From Tubulanus polymorphus (Eukaryota > Animalia > Nemertea), in contig NC_134030.1 in NCBI RefSeq assembly GCF_964204645.1, positions 9,637,222-9,701,221 of the forward strand: a stretch of DNA of 64,000 nt, read 5' to 3'. The translations under genes and the position numbers were made by a program. Positions 53,210-64,000 of this stretch are shown piece after piece (the first letter of the stretch is position 1; each line of letters starts with the position of its first letter). The notes beneath the pieces were generated by a model. The model saw only the letters and a list, made by a program, of their open reading frames with translations. It was not told where the DNA came from and searched no databases.

Positions 53210-56200
53210 ATGACTTGCGCCGGTGAAACGAGAACCCAGCTGGGAAAAGATGGCGAAGAAAGCTGTTGTACGTATATTCGAATATTCTCCCCAAATAATC
53301 GACTCCGTTGTTGCATTGGGAGGTGCTGGCATACATTGATTTTTCTGCCCCTGATAGTGAGTCATGGGAAAAACCCATTACCATGTCATCGTAGAACCTT
53401 CATATATAGGCCTACTACAGTGGCGTGTAGCTAACTCGCTCGTGTGTGGAGATAGATATGTAACCCATAAATTACGACTCGTCTCTTTGTAAAGATTACA
53501 TCACGTACCTATATCGCAAAGAACAAATTGATTTTTTGTACTCAGTTATCCTACTGGACCCATGGTCTTTATTTGCTGATATTTGGTATTTCTCATAGTA
53601 TTTCGGATAAAAACCAAGCACCTGGGCGCTTGGTCTTTTCGCATTGCACCTTATTTTCTGTTGCGAGGTTTTTTTGAAGAAAATATAAATCAACAGGTTC
53701 TAACTTAAAAGTCTCGATATTTAATTATTGTTCATATCACGCTTGCTAGGGTTTGGTTGGCAACCCCAACACAAACTCTGGCCGCAAACCCTTCATTGGT
53801 CTATTACATCACCTTAAATTTATTGGGTGGACAGGTTGCCGCTAAGTGGCCAAGTCTATCAGATGCGTTGTACCGATAGAGCGAATCAACCAGTAAAAAA
53901 CAACGCATCTGATTGGTTTAATACATGACTGGTGGTCGTTTAGCCGCAAAGCAGCCACCTGTCTGCCCAAGAAATCCTAGACAATGTAAAAGACCAATGA
54001 AGGGTTTGCGGCCATGGTTTATGTTGACGTGAGCTCGGCGGACGACAACCAAACACTGGCAACCGTACATGATTATTGCTAGGCTTACACTGTCATAGTC
54101 TCCTTACATGAAATTGCGAATCCCCAGTTTTTGTTCTCGCCATCGGAAAATGGATATAGAATATTTAATTGACTAACCACAATCAATTGCGCAAATGTAA
54201 CTAATGACGTGTTCCGAACCGTTCGATGATTGTGGTGAGTTTCACGGTTTTGATTACTGCAATTTTGAATATTGAAATTATGCATTTTCCCTGGACCACT
54301 AAATGTACTTCAAAGGTTACTGCTAAATTGTCACGAATGTTATCGCTAATTTCTATACAAAATCTGAAATATGTTTGAACGTACTATGATATATAGATTT
54401 TCTTATCGCTAAATCATTCAGGGCAAAAATATCTGATAGACCATGTGTACAGAGATCGATTTCAAGATATACCTATCCCTAGCTTCGTTACCCACTTCAT
54501 GCCGCATCATATAACCGAAGGTACGTACGCCTACGTCGGATTGTCGTCCGTTGAAAAAATGTGTGTTTAAAACTATTTGTGGGGTGATAAATACCAAAAC
54601 TTTTGGTATCCTTTTGGCAAAATAGCTGTCTGCCCAAAGAATTTTTTTCAGCATTCTGTTGTTTAGATTATAAATTGATTGTAGAATGGATATTGAAGAT
54701 ATTTAAATCTGAAGAGGCAGGCAATCACGAGGCTGCTGCGAAGCTATTTGTGGATGGAGTGCTAGAATGCTGGAAGGAAGGGTCGTTTGTTGCCCTTATC
54801 GGCGCGTTGGAACAAGCAGGTATAATTTCGGCTATTGAATGATCCGAACATCTTGATAAGCTCTGAATGTAGGCGGATTTACATTTCTTGTTTCAGAAAA
54901 CGAAGTACTTTGTCAATTGCTCAAGAATGATGACGTTTTCAATTATGATTGTTTCCGAATATTGGTCAGCTTGAACATGAAGCAAATCTGCGAAACCGTG
55001 CAGCTAGACGTTAATGCTGGTTTGATGTTAGATCTGAAGCAGCTGTGTCTAACTGAAAGCCAATACGAGAGAGTTAGAAAGGTGTGCGAGAAACAGGGAA
55101 ACACTGCAGGTATGACAGTCTGGTCCTTAATAGCGGGCACCATCCTCGGCCCATTACGATTGTCATTTGCCACACATGTACATTCGATATAATTGAATTT
55201 CAGCGGTGAACGTACTCGTGACAGATTTGTTTATATCTAGAACAAAACCGAATTCGCCAATGAAATTTCTTGACATACTCAAAAAGAATGGCTGCGACTT
55301 GATGTATGACGAATTGACAAAGTTCATCGGAAAAGGTAGCTTATAATTTAGCTGTAGTTGACGGTATTCATGATATTCCCACTCCGCGAGAAATGGGAAA
55401 CGACGAGCTTCGTTTGAAGCAAAACAAATAAGACATGTAGTTGATTGATGAAACTCTAGTGAGTATAGATTTTTTGGTACTGAAACATTTTTAACGAAAA
55501 GTTTGGCCAAAAATCGCCAGATATAGTATGAACATATGATATCCACAACTTAAGTATTGTACGTATTTACATAAATACGGTCGGTCCCTGGAGGGAAATC
55601 CTTTTTGAAATCGCAAGGGAATGCTTGTCTTCGATGTCGGAAGGAGCGGAGGCAAAGCGTTACTGACAATCGATAAGTATCACGAGGCTCCACGTGATCT
55701 CGGAAAACATTTGATCAGTTCTCTACAATAATAGAATTACATATGCATTTTTTTACAGACGATACCGATCACTCGGCCAAGTTGGACAAGTGGGAAATGT
55801 TGCAAACAGAAAAATCTCGGAACGCCGAACCTGAATCAGATCAACATATAGACACCAGTGAGTTTTCTCGTTTGAATTTAAAGTTATGATTTATATATAA
55901 TTCGTTTTTGAATCAATACTAATTCAAGAATAACAATGTTATCAAATATCTATATATCAGGTTGCGGTGAAACATTATCTGTGGACGTGGCTGGTGAGAA
56001 TTCAGAAGAAACGCAACGCAAGTCCCTCTATGATTCTCCGTATGAGGCGGAGGCAACTCATATCGATACGCCACAAAATGCTAACAACGTAGCGACGCCT
56101 GGTCAGCATAAATATCCAATCGTTTATCAGTGATCTTAACTTGCCAAATATTTTTCCAAAGGCTCATGAATTTATATTTTCTGGCAGGGATTAGGGGACG

Positions 56201-59200
56201 GTCTCGGGGGTTCGGACCATTCAGGTTGCTATTTTCATCAATTTAAAGATCGTTAGAAGCTTCAAATTTGATGCTCATCCTTTCGGAGATGGCATATTTT
56301 CGGGGTTTTTTCTTGAGTATCTATCTACCACTGTAGTAGTAGCATATGACATGGCTGCTTTATTCGAAACATGCCTCTCCTGTTCTTCTGAACCCGGCCT
56401 TCCAATTTTCCTTATATAGATCCATCCTTAAATATTGTATTTTACTCGTTGCTTATCGGTTTATATTCCACTATCTTATACTCATTGACCTGATAAAATT
56501 GCTATGGTTAGTTAATATCAACATATCGAATAAAACATAGAGCTAGGTAGGAGTCGTCGATATTGTTAAAATGAAAAACATAATATGAATGAAATACATT
56601 TTACAGACGAAGAAGAAGATCCAGTGCAGATTAAACAACTAGAATTGCGTGCTCAACAAACACGCCTCGCTGAGTACGGTAACAGTGGCAAAAATGTTAT
56701 CATCGTTGCTCCAACTAACTTCGGTAAAACGTATGTTGCTTTGGATATGTGTAAGGTAAAAAGTTGTTTTTCGTAATAAGACGCATTTACACGGCTGTAC
56801 GTGTTAAGGTCTCTGTAATATTTCATTCGAATACCTCGTTTTTATTTTAAGAAACATCTGAAACGAAATGAACAAAACAAGCTGATATTCTTTGTGCCTA
56901 GAGTTCCCTTGATTTCGCAACAGCACAAACGTTTTCGTGAATACCTAAGTGAATTCAAAAGCATTGGAATGTGTGGTGAGGCGGGAGATCACGGGCCGTT
57001 TCATTTACTTCTGCCAAAATACAGAATTCTCGTGATGACTCCCCAAATTCTACTCAATGCAATGAAGGACGAAAATAGAATGGAAACAAAGGTGTCGATC
57101 GATATGTTTTCTATGCTCGTATTCGACGAGTGTCACCACACAGACAAGGGCCATGCTTACAATGAAATTATGTCGTTGTATATGCACGAGAAATTGATCA
57201 AGCAAGCGAATTATTTACCTCAGGTAAAATTTACATAATCGAATGGCAGATGTTTTAGCCTTTTTTTTTCAAAAGTGAAGGCCTTGAAAATCATTTTGGT
57301 AATAAACTTTGTTTATTTGACTAGATAATCGGACTCACTGCTTCTCCCGGTACCAACAAATCGAATACAATGGAGAAAGCAGTCGAGCACATTATGAGGA
57401 TGTGTGCGAACCTCGATTCGATCATGGTCTGTCCAAATTCGAATGCGGAGAACTTGCAAAACGATGAAATAAAAACAGGTACGTCATAATTCTACATATA
57501 ACGCTGGTCGAAAAGGTGTTAGGTTGGATAGCAAATAGTTAATGAGTTTAAACTGTAGTGCTATCACATGGCGAAGTGTAACTGGATTTCGGGTTGAAGA
57601 TCCGAACACAAATATAGTGTCGTCGTGTATTATCCAATATCGTGTATTGCCTCACCACCCAAGAACATATTAAACATGTACCTGGCCTGATCAATGCCTC
57701 CTGAGTGCCGAGTACTGTAGCCAATGATGTAGCATCTCCTCGTGGAGAGACAAGGATATATCAAACAAGGGAGGGGTAATGATACCCGTATGAATGTCAC
57801 TGGTCACAGGCGCTTCGGGTATATCGGTACTTGCGCTTAATTTTGTATACACGTATTATCAATTTATCTTTGAAAATGCGGTGAAATCTTCAGAACTAAG
57901 AACAGTCACTCCCCGTAAGCATGATATTTTTCAACAACGCATAACTGATGTCATGATCCGGATCGAGTCGAAAATTAACACCTTCGCCGGTAATGCACAT
58001 TTTAATAAATCTTTTTAAACAATTCGACCGTTAGTTATTCCGTGTGCTCCTAACAGCATTCGTGTCGATTATTTGCTCAGGTGTCAATAACGAAACGGCA
58101 TCAAAGATTCCCGAATACATCAATTTGCTTCGGAGTTGTCCTGCCGCAAAGAACGACTGCCAATACACGGGATGGATCAGTCAAATGAAGAAAATCATTC
58201 CCAAGCTCCAAAATCCACTTTTGAACGATTGCGTCCAGTATTTGATGGTATGAATTTAGTATTTGCGTGGCTGCACTACTTTCTATTATTTGAATTGCAT
58301 TTTCGAGTACATGTTTTAAGTAGATTTCAGTAGCGGTGTTTGTTCCTTGTAGCATTATCATGATTCGTTGTTACTGAATGATAAATGCCGTTCAAGAGAC
58401 GCGCTAAACGACCTCGAGAAACATTTACCTTTAAAGCTGTTGGACATGCCGATGGAAACCCATCGGTTTCTGGAGCAGTCCTATAAAGGTAAGTTTTAAT
58501 ATTAAATTCGTACGTAGATGAAAAATGGTTGATCGAACAACGAATAATGGGATCTTACGTGCGCGTTATTATGTGCTATTTAGGATTACACGAAGAATTA
58601 CACTCTAAAGTCGATGAGGAATGTTACACGAACCCATTGATGAAACTTCTTAAAGATTTGTTGACGAAGAGCTATTCCCAATATCAGTCGGAATGTCGCG
58701 CAATCGTATTCGTCAAGACGAGAGAGTTAGCCAGAATTCTGGAGGAATGGATGAATGAAGACGGACAACTAAAACAGCTGAACGCCGCGTTTATGGTTGG
58801 ACAGGGTAGGTACAACTATTGGAGTGATAAATTAGTTAACAAGTAGTTTGCATAACAGGGAGGGAAGCCAGAGTTCAGGGCAGTGGCTGAAGTTAGTAAA
58901 CAACCTACGTAGATGCTTACGTCGCACATAAGACACTGAATAGAAGATAGGTGAAAGTATCGGATTAATCGGAACCCACAACGACAACACGAGGGGAGAA
59001 CGCAACGTGGCCCCCACAACACAACGACCAGGATAGTGCCAAACTATGCACAAGCCGCTGGAAACTTACTCGCTTATATACCTTTTCAGAAATGACCAAG
59101 ACAAAACAGGAAGAGGTATTGAATAATTTCAGCAACGGTGATCACAAAGTTCTTATAGCCACGACTGTCGCTGAAGAGGGTTTAGACGTCAAACAGTGCA

Positions 59201-60026
59201 GTTTGGTGATTTGCTACAATCACGTTACAAACGAGATCGCCATGGTTCAAACTAGAGGTAGAACTATAGGAACTATATATATCTTTTCCATATTCCGAGA
59301 CATGAGATAATCGTAAATATTATCATAATATTTACGATTATCTCAAACATCATAATGATGACCTATGATCTATATATTTAAGGCCGCGCAAGGAAAGAAG
59401 GAAGCAAGTACATAGTCATTGCCGTGGAAGATAAGATCACGGCCAAAGGGGAACTCAATGAACTGAGGGAACAGATAATGCATGTAGCGATTAAATTCAT
59501 CACGAGAAAGTACGAACGAAATGAGGAGCAATTCAAAACTGATTTAGAACGCTTGCAGACGAGGGAATTAAAGCAGAAGCAGCTTAGCCTCGAGAAAAAG
59601 CCGAAAAAGCAAGAAGATCCGTTCAAAGTTACATGCATCAATTGCTTCACGGATGTCTGTGAATCGGTTGATTTTCGGAAGATTGCTTCTGGTTTCACGA
59701 TAATATCCGATCACATCAATAAGCGTTACAAACGCAGAGCTGCAAAATCAAAGACGTATTGCAACATCGAAGAGCGGGGAAAGATCGAGTGTGCCGCCTG
59801 CGGACTATTGTGGGGATCTTTGAACATCTATTGCGAACGGGTGTATCCCTTCTTCAAGATAGAAAATTTCGCCCTCACGAATTTGCGAACTGGCGAGACC
59901 TCCCCCCGCATAAAGAAATGGAAAGACTCCCCGTTCGCTGTGGAACCCGTCGGCGATGAAGATATAGACAACATGATAAATAAGTCTACTATTTCGCCCG
60001 AAGAACTCCGTCGACTAAATCCCTGA
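53210..60026 (+). CDS. RIG-I-like receptor B (2xCARD, DExD/H helicase, Zn-binding CTD), ~994 aa; paralog of RLR-A
   Basis: Fifteen phase-consistent exons: 53210-53267 (tentative), 54422-54520, 54685-54819, 54897-55109, 55204-55335, 55759-55857, 55961-56101, 56607-56755, 56852-57223, 57325-57478, 57894-57989, 58081-58247, 58353-58488, 58584-58805, 59090-59257, 59383-60026 (counting the tentative first exon gives 16 segments; 2985 nt). Motifs [55 protein letters not shown]. Several exon lengths are identical to RLR-A (135, 213, 96, 168, 644). Confidence 0.92.
53737..54067. mobile_element. Foldback MITE family A, copy 3 (RLR-B first coding intron)
   Basis: CGCTTGCTAGGGTTTGGTTG..GCCGCAAACCCTTCATTGGTCT / AGACCAATGAAGGGTTTGCGGCC..CAACCAAACACTGGCAA. 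Confidence 0.8.
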
Positions 60027-60661
60027 GCGTCGACGTCTGGATGTTTAACAGTTGTGCCGTTAGTCCCTAATTCCTCGATAACTTGCGCTGACCGAATGAA
60101 TGAACAAATTATCATAATCATCATTAGCAATTCAGTGCCTTTCAATTCGATCCAATTTTAGGTACCAGGTACCAGTATAGCAACGCATGAAAATTATAGC
60201 GATCTGTGTGTATCAAATATGTTTTCCAATTGGAACAAGGTTTTTATGAATTATGTCACCGCGTCCGGTTCAGTGATCGGAGAGGCTATCGTTAGGTGTG
60301 GTACAGGTTTGTTCGAAATAGAAAAGACCCGTCTGACTTGAATACTTCGGTACTGGAAAAAAAGTATCTTAGCTTGGCGGCTTAGGATGACATACTAATG
60401 TCGCCTAGAGGATGTTATTATCATTCATCAGGCAAACATATTTTTCAGTACGTGTAACCCGGTTTGCTTCTCTTTTGATTTGCAGCGTTTCGAGTCCTAA
60501 CTTTATTTTGAAAAAATACCTCGTGTGCAATAATCACAATAATCACAATAATCGTGGACAATTATTTTGAATTTAAACGCTTCAATAAAAACATGTATCC
60601 GAATTCATCGTTTAGTACATTTATTTCAATTGACATAGAATTGCATGTGGACCGACCGAAT

Positions 60662-62995
60662 TCAATCTTTGCAAGGTCGTCGGAACATTTGACCGGCTTC
60701 GTGTATCCATTTGTTGGCCACTGAAAATGAAAGAGAAGCTTATAATTTGACGTTAAAGTTGAATTCATTCCTGACTGCAATTGCTGCGAATAAACCATTT
60801 TACAGTTGCTAGCCGCCATTTTGTTAGGGTACTTTTGTCCTGTATTGTTGGGTCATTATTTTCTCCATTTTAGAAACTATTTGTGATGCGTGTTTTATCA
60901 TATCTCATCTGTCCCTGGATGGATTTTGACAGTTTTAGCAACATTTAAACCGTGTGAATCTCTAGTTTTTTTTTTTGCAAAGATCATTTTTCAAATTTGC
61001 AACAATGCGACATGAGAGCGATATAAAAACCCTTTACCCCATTTTGTCCCCATTAATATTGGACATCCGCCGTGTGTTGTACTGAAATCTGGTGTCCCGT
61101 CGTCGAAAAGGTCGTACCAGAAGGCGGCCGCTCCTTTCGTCGCTGGTACGTATAAGTCGATATCTGTGAAAACAGTGGCGCCCCCTGCAGTGACATCGTT
61201 CAGCTAGAAAATACGATTGATCGATAAAGTCAAATGAATTGGTAGATTCGATCAACTATCCGGCTAATATGGTGGCTGCAGTAACGTAACATTCCGGGTA
61301 TGCAAATGGGGGCACCAGAACGCCAAAAACACGAAAAGGAACGGCGAATTTTCTCTAAAACTCCGCAAAACCTACGTAAAACATCCAAGTTGCCATTCTG
61401 TTTCCGGAACCGCCGAAAAATCGTGTTTCACCGCCAGTGTCCTAGGAGAAACATATACGTATTAATATTGCAATATGCAAACGCAATGATGGAATATAAT
61501 ATTGCATGGGAACTTGAAATAACGATATTTAAGTCGATAGTTACGAAGAAATCGTGATGGGGCGTGAATAGGCCACCGATGCCATAGTTTACGACCTGAA
61601 ACGTACGTTGTCGAATGTTAGCAAAATCGCGTTTCAAAATATTATCGAAACAAGTTTACTTAATCGTTATCACCTCAATCATAACTTAAATATAACTTTT
61701 AATCGACCCAAGTACATATAGGCTTACAACCTCTAGAGGGTTGGCATCCCTTTACGGTACGCATGTATTCACCGAAGAATCGTCTGGCAATTTTGTTACG
61801 CAGGATCTCCATTAAGGAATATTCTTTATCTTTCGATAGGGATTAACATTTTTATTCATTTGATTGATAGACTTCTTAGATACAGTACAGATACAGTCGA
61901 GTGTGATCGGCGGTCGAAATTACACGAATGTTTTTGAGATCAAACAATCTTCCATCAGCCCAACCGGCAGGCGACTGATTGGGTAGGCTGCTTATTTGAT
62001 ACATTAAAATTTTAGCGATAAATATACTACATGCAAGGTTGAAGATCATGTCAAATGTGACTCGGATTGCGGTTTTACGACATTCAAAAATTAGCATTAG
62101 TGCACAACTGATGTTTTATTAATAGCAATCGGTATCCTTTAATAGTGAGAATCTTCACGAAAGTGTGCTATAAATGTGGAATGAATGAAATAAACTTTAT
62201 AAATAATACATGTAATAAAAAACAGATTTGTAGACCGCACTATAGGCTACAAAACAGATTAACATCGCTAAAACAATGTGCTTATCCTTTACATATTTCA
62301 GAAAGTCCTATCCGATATTTTTATTATTCGAAGTTTTAGGATGCCAACCCCCTTCGTCTGTTCATCCAAATGATTTTGTGTTGCAATAAATCAAGATACG
62401 AACCTGCAATGGCTCTGCGTGTGGAATTCCGGGGCTCAGCGCTACGCTTAGTCCGGTAACTAGCATTATTCTGTTGGAAAGTTTTGCAATGAGACCGCTA
62501 TCCGCTAACCAAGCCCTAAGACAAAACGAGCGAATATGAATATCATGAGAAACCATCTTTTTAGACTTCGCCGAGTTCGATTAGATTCACCGATTTTGAC
62601 CGATAACGACAGGACGTGTTCCTGCCCGTACAGGGGCGGATCCAGGGGGTTCGCTAGTTGCCGGTGATGCAGTAGATTTTTAAGATCTGCCTTCTCTGGA
62701 CTAAAGGGTAGAACGAAATTATGAATTTACTAATTATGTAAGCTTAGTGACCCGCTGTAATTACTTCAACCAATTAGGCCCATGACCCAATCAATACATA
62801 ATATCAGAAAGCATCTCGCAAAGCTAATTCTTAAGGGCTTTCAGTCAACTGCCATTTGAATCAGTGTGAACCCCTGGAACTGCTCCTGCCATGACTTAAT
62901 TAGATAGAACATGTTTTGTTAACTCACGTTTGGCTGATCCTGTAGTCAACGTCGACATGTATATTAGTACCCTGGCGAACTGTGGATTGTTCAAA
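60662..62995 (-). CDS. P4HA: Prolyl 4-hydroxylase subunit alpha, 3' portion (upstream exons not identified, probably beyond the window)
   Basis: Exons 62995-62928, 62515-62404, 61595-61545, 61441-61376, 61203-61038, 60720-60662 splice to RISQTAWL..AEPLQVVNYGIGGLFTPHHDFF..GNRMATWMFYLNDVTAGGATVF..KGAAAFWYDL..HGGCPILMGTKWVANKWIHEAGQMFRRPC. HxD..H iron ligands and the 2-oxoglutarate-binding Lys are present. Confidence 0.95.
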
Positions 62996-64000
62996 CTGGA
63001 AAAAAACCAATGTATATTTATCAACTATTGACTCGGATTTATGCTGTAGATGCAAACCATCTACTTCTGGTGTTGATAGTGGTGGTTATCGAGCGGTATC
63101 TAACGGTTGACTAGGTAAGATCCCCCGGTAATCCCCGGCAAAAAATCCCTATTCCCCGTTGAAAATTTCCACTGGGTCCTCTAGATGGTAAGAATTCGAA
63201 TTATTTTGCGGTACGTGTGCGCGTGCGTGAGATAGAACTGGCTACATTCATTCAGAGACAGTTTTGACGAAGTTAAAACCGTTACATACGATGGCGTCAT
63301 GGGGACATTAATTTATTTTTATTTTCATTTTTCCATCTACGTATTTATCTGCGCGTTTACAAAGCCAAAATTACTTCATTAATCCTTGATACGTGTATTA
63401 ATTGATCATATTGTATTTTATTCATTGTCGACAATATCTAACGCAATATCTGTTAGTTTTCAACGCGCCAATAAACTTTCAGTTCGTTTTCTCGTTGTAC
63501 CATGCGGAGGGTATGTCTATATCACTACTAATCCGTCCAGATGTCAACAATGGATTTAGTTTTTAAAAACAACACAAAAGCTAAAGGATTTTTGTTCGCA
63601 GCCAGGGATTATACCGTTCGTAGTTGGAGCAATATGCGAGTGTATAAGCTATTGAAGAAAAATTCGATAGTTGAACTGTGTATTCACATGTGTATGTATT
63701 TTAACAAATAGACATAGACTATTGAACAAATTAGTACACATAAGAAATATACGTGCTAAACAAATCCGATAAAAAAGTTTTGAAAACATCGAGAAATTGC
63801 GCTAACGCATAACACATTATTTCGTAACTATAAGTGTTAGATCTAAGGAGGAGCTAACCATTTTAAATGGATAATGGATGCAACTGAATATGCATTCCTT
63901 ATCTTCTAACGGCGTAAAGACACAATAAATAAATTGCAAGGTGCTTCAGACAGCAGTAAGAAGCATTTCAGGCGTACGCTATTGTGTAAGAATGGACCAC

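Noticed and set aside
63000-64000. Further upstream P4HA exons
   Set aside because: No recognisable P4HA sequence found on the minus strand; treated as intron.

Overview
Eukaryotic, AT-rich, intron-containing DNA from an invertebrate animal (lophotrochozoan-like by inference). All gene models were spliced by eye from GT-AG boundaries and reading-frame continuity. Genes in order: (1) a ZU5-ZU5-(UPA)-death-domain protein (DTHD1/PIDD-like, +, 8 exons, ~768 aa); (2) an intronless-CDS class A GPCR with NRY in place of DRY (-); (3) C1GALT1 (+, 3 coding exons); (4) an uncharacterised type II membrane, glycosyltransferase-like protein 1 kb downstream (+); (5, 6) a head-to-head pair of RIG-I-like receptors (2xCARD-DExD/H helicase-Zn CTD; RLR-A on -, ~1142 aa, 20 exons; RLR-B on +, ~994 aa, 15 exons) separated by ~1.45 kb containing an ISRE/IRF-type element; (7) the 3' part of a prolyl 4-hydroxylase alpha gene (-). 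Both RLRs have a non-canonical Walker A (APTN[Y/F]GKT). RLR-A carries a sense-oriented, 5'-truncated LINE between its CARD/linker exons and its helicase exons, plus a perfect 39-bp palindrome and minimal hammerhead-ribozyme motifs in another intron. Other mobile DNA: an internally deleted LTR element with identical LTRs, a Tc1/mariner remnant, several MITE/foldback families, old LINE 3' fragments and a long (AT)n tract.
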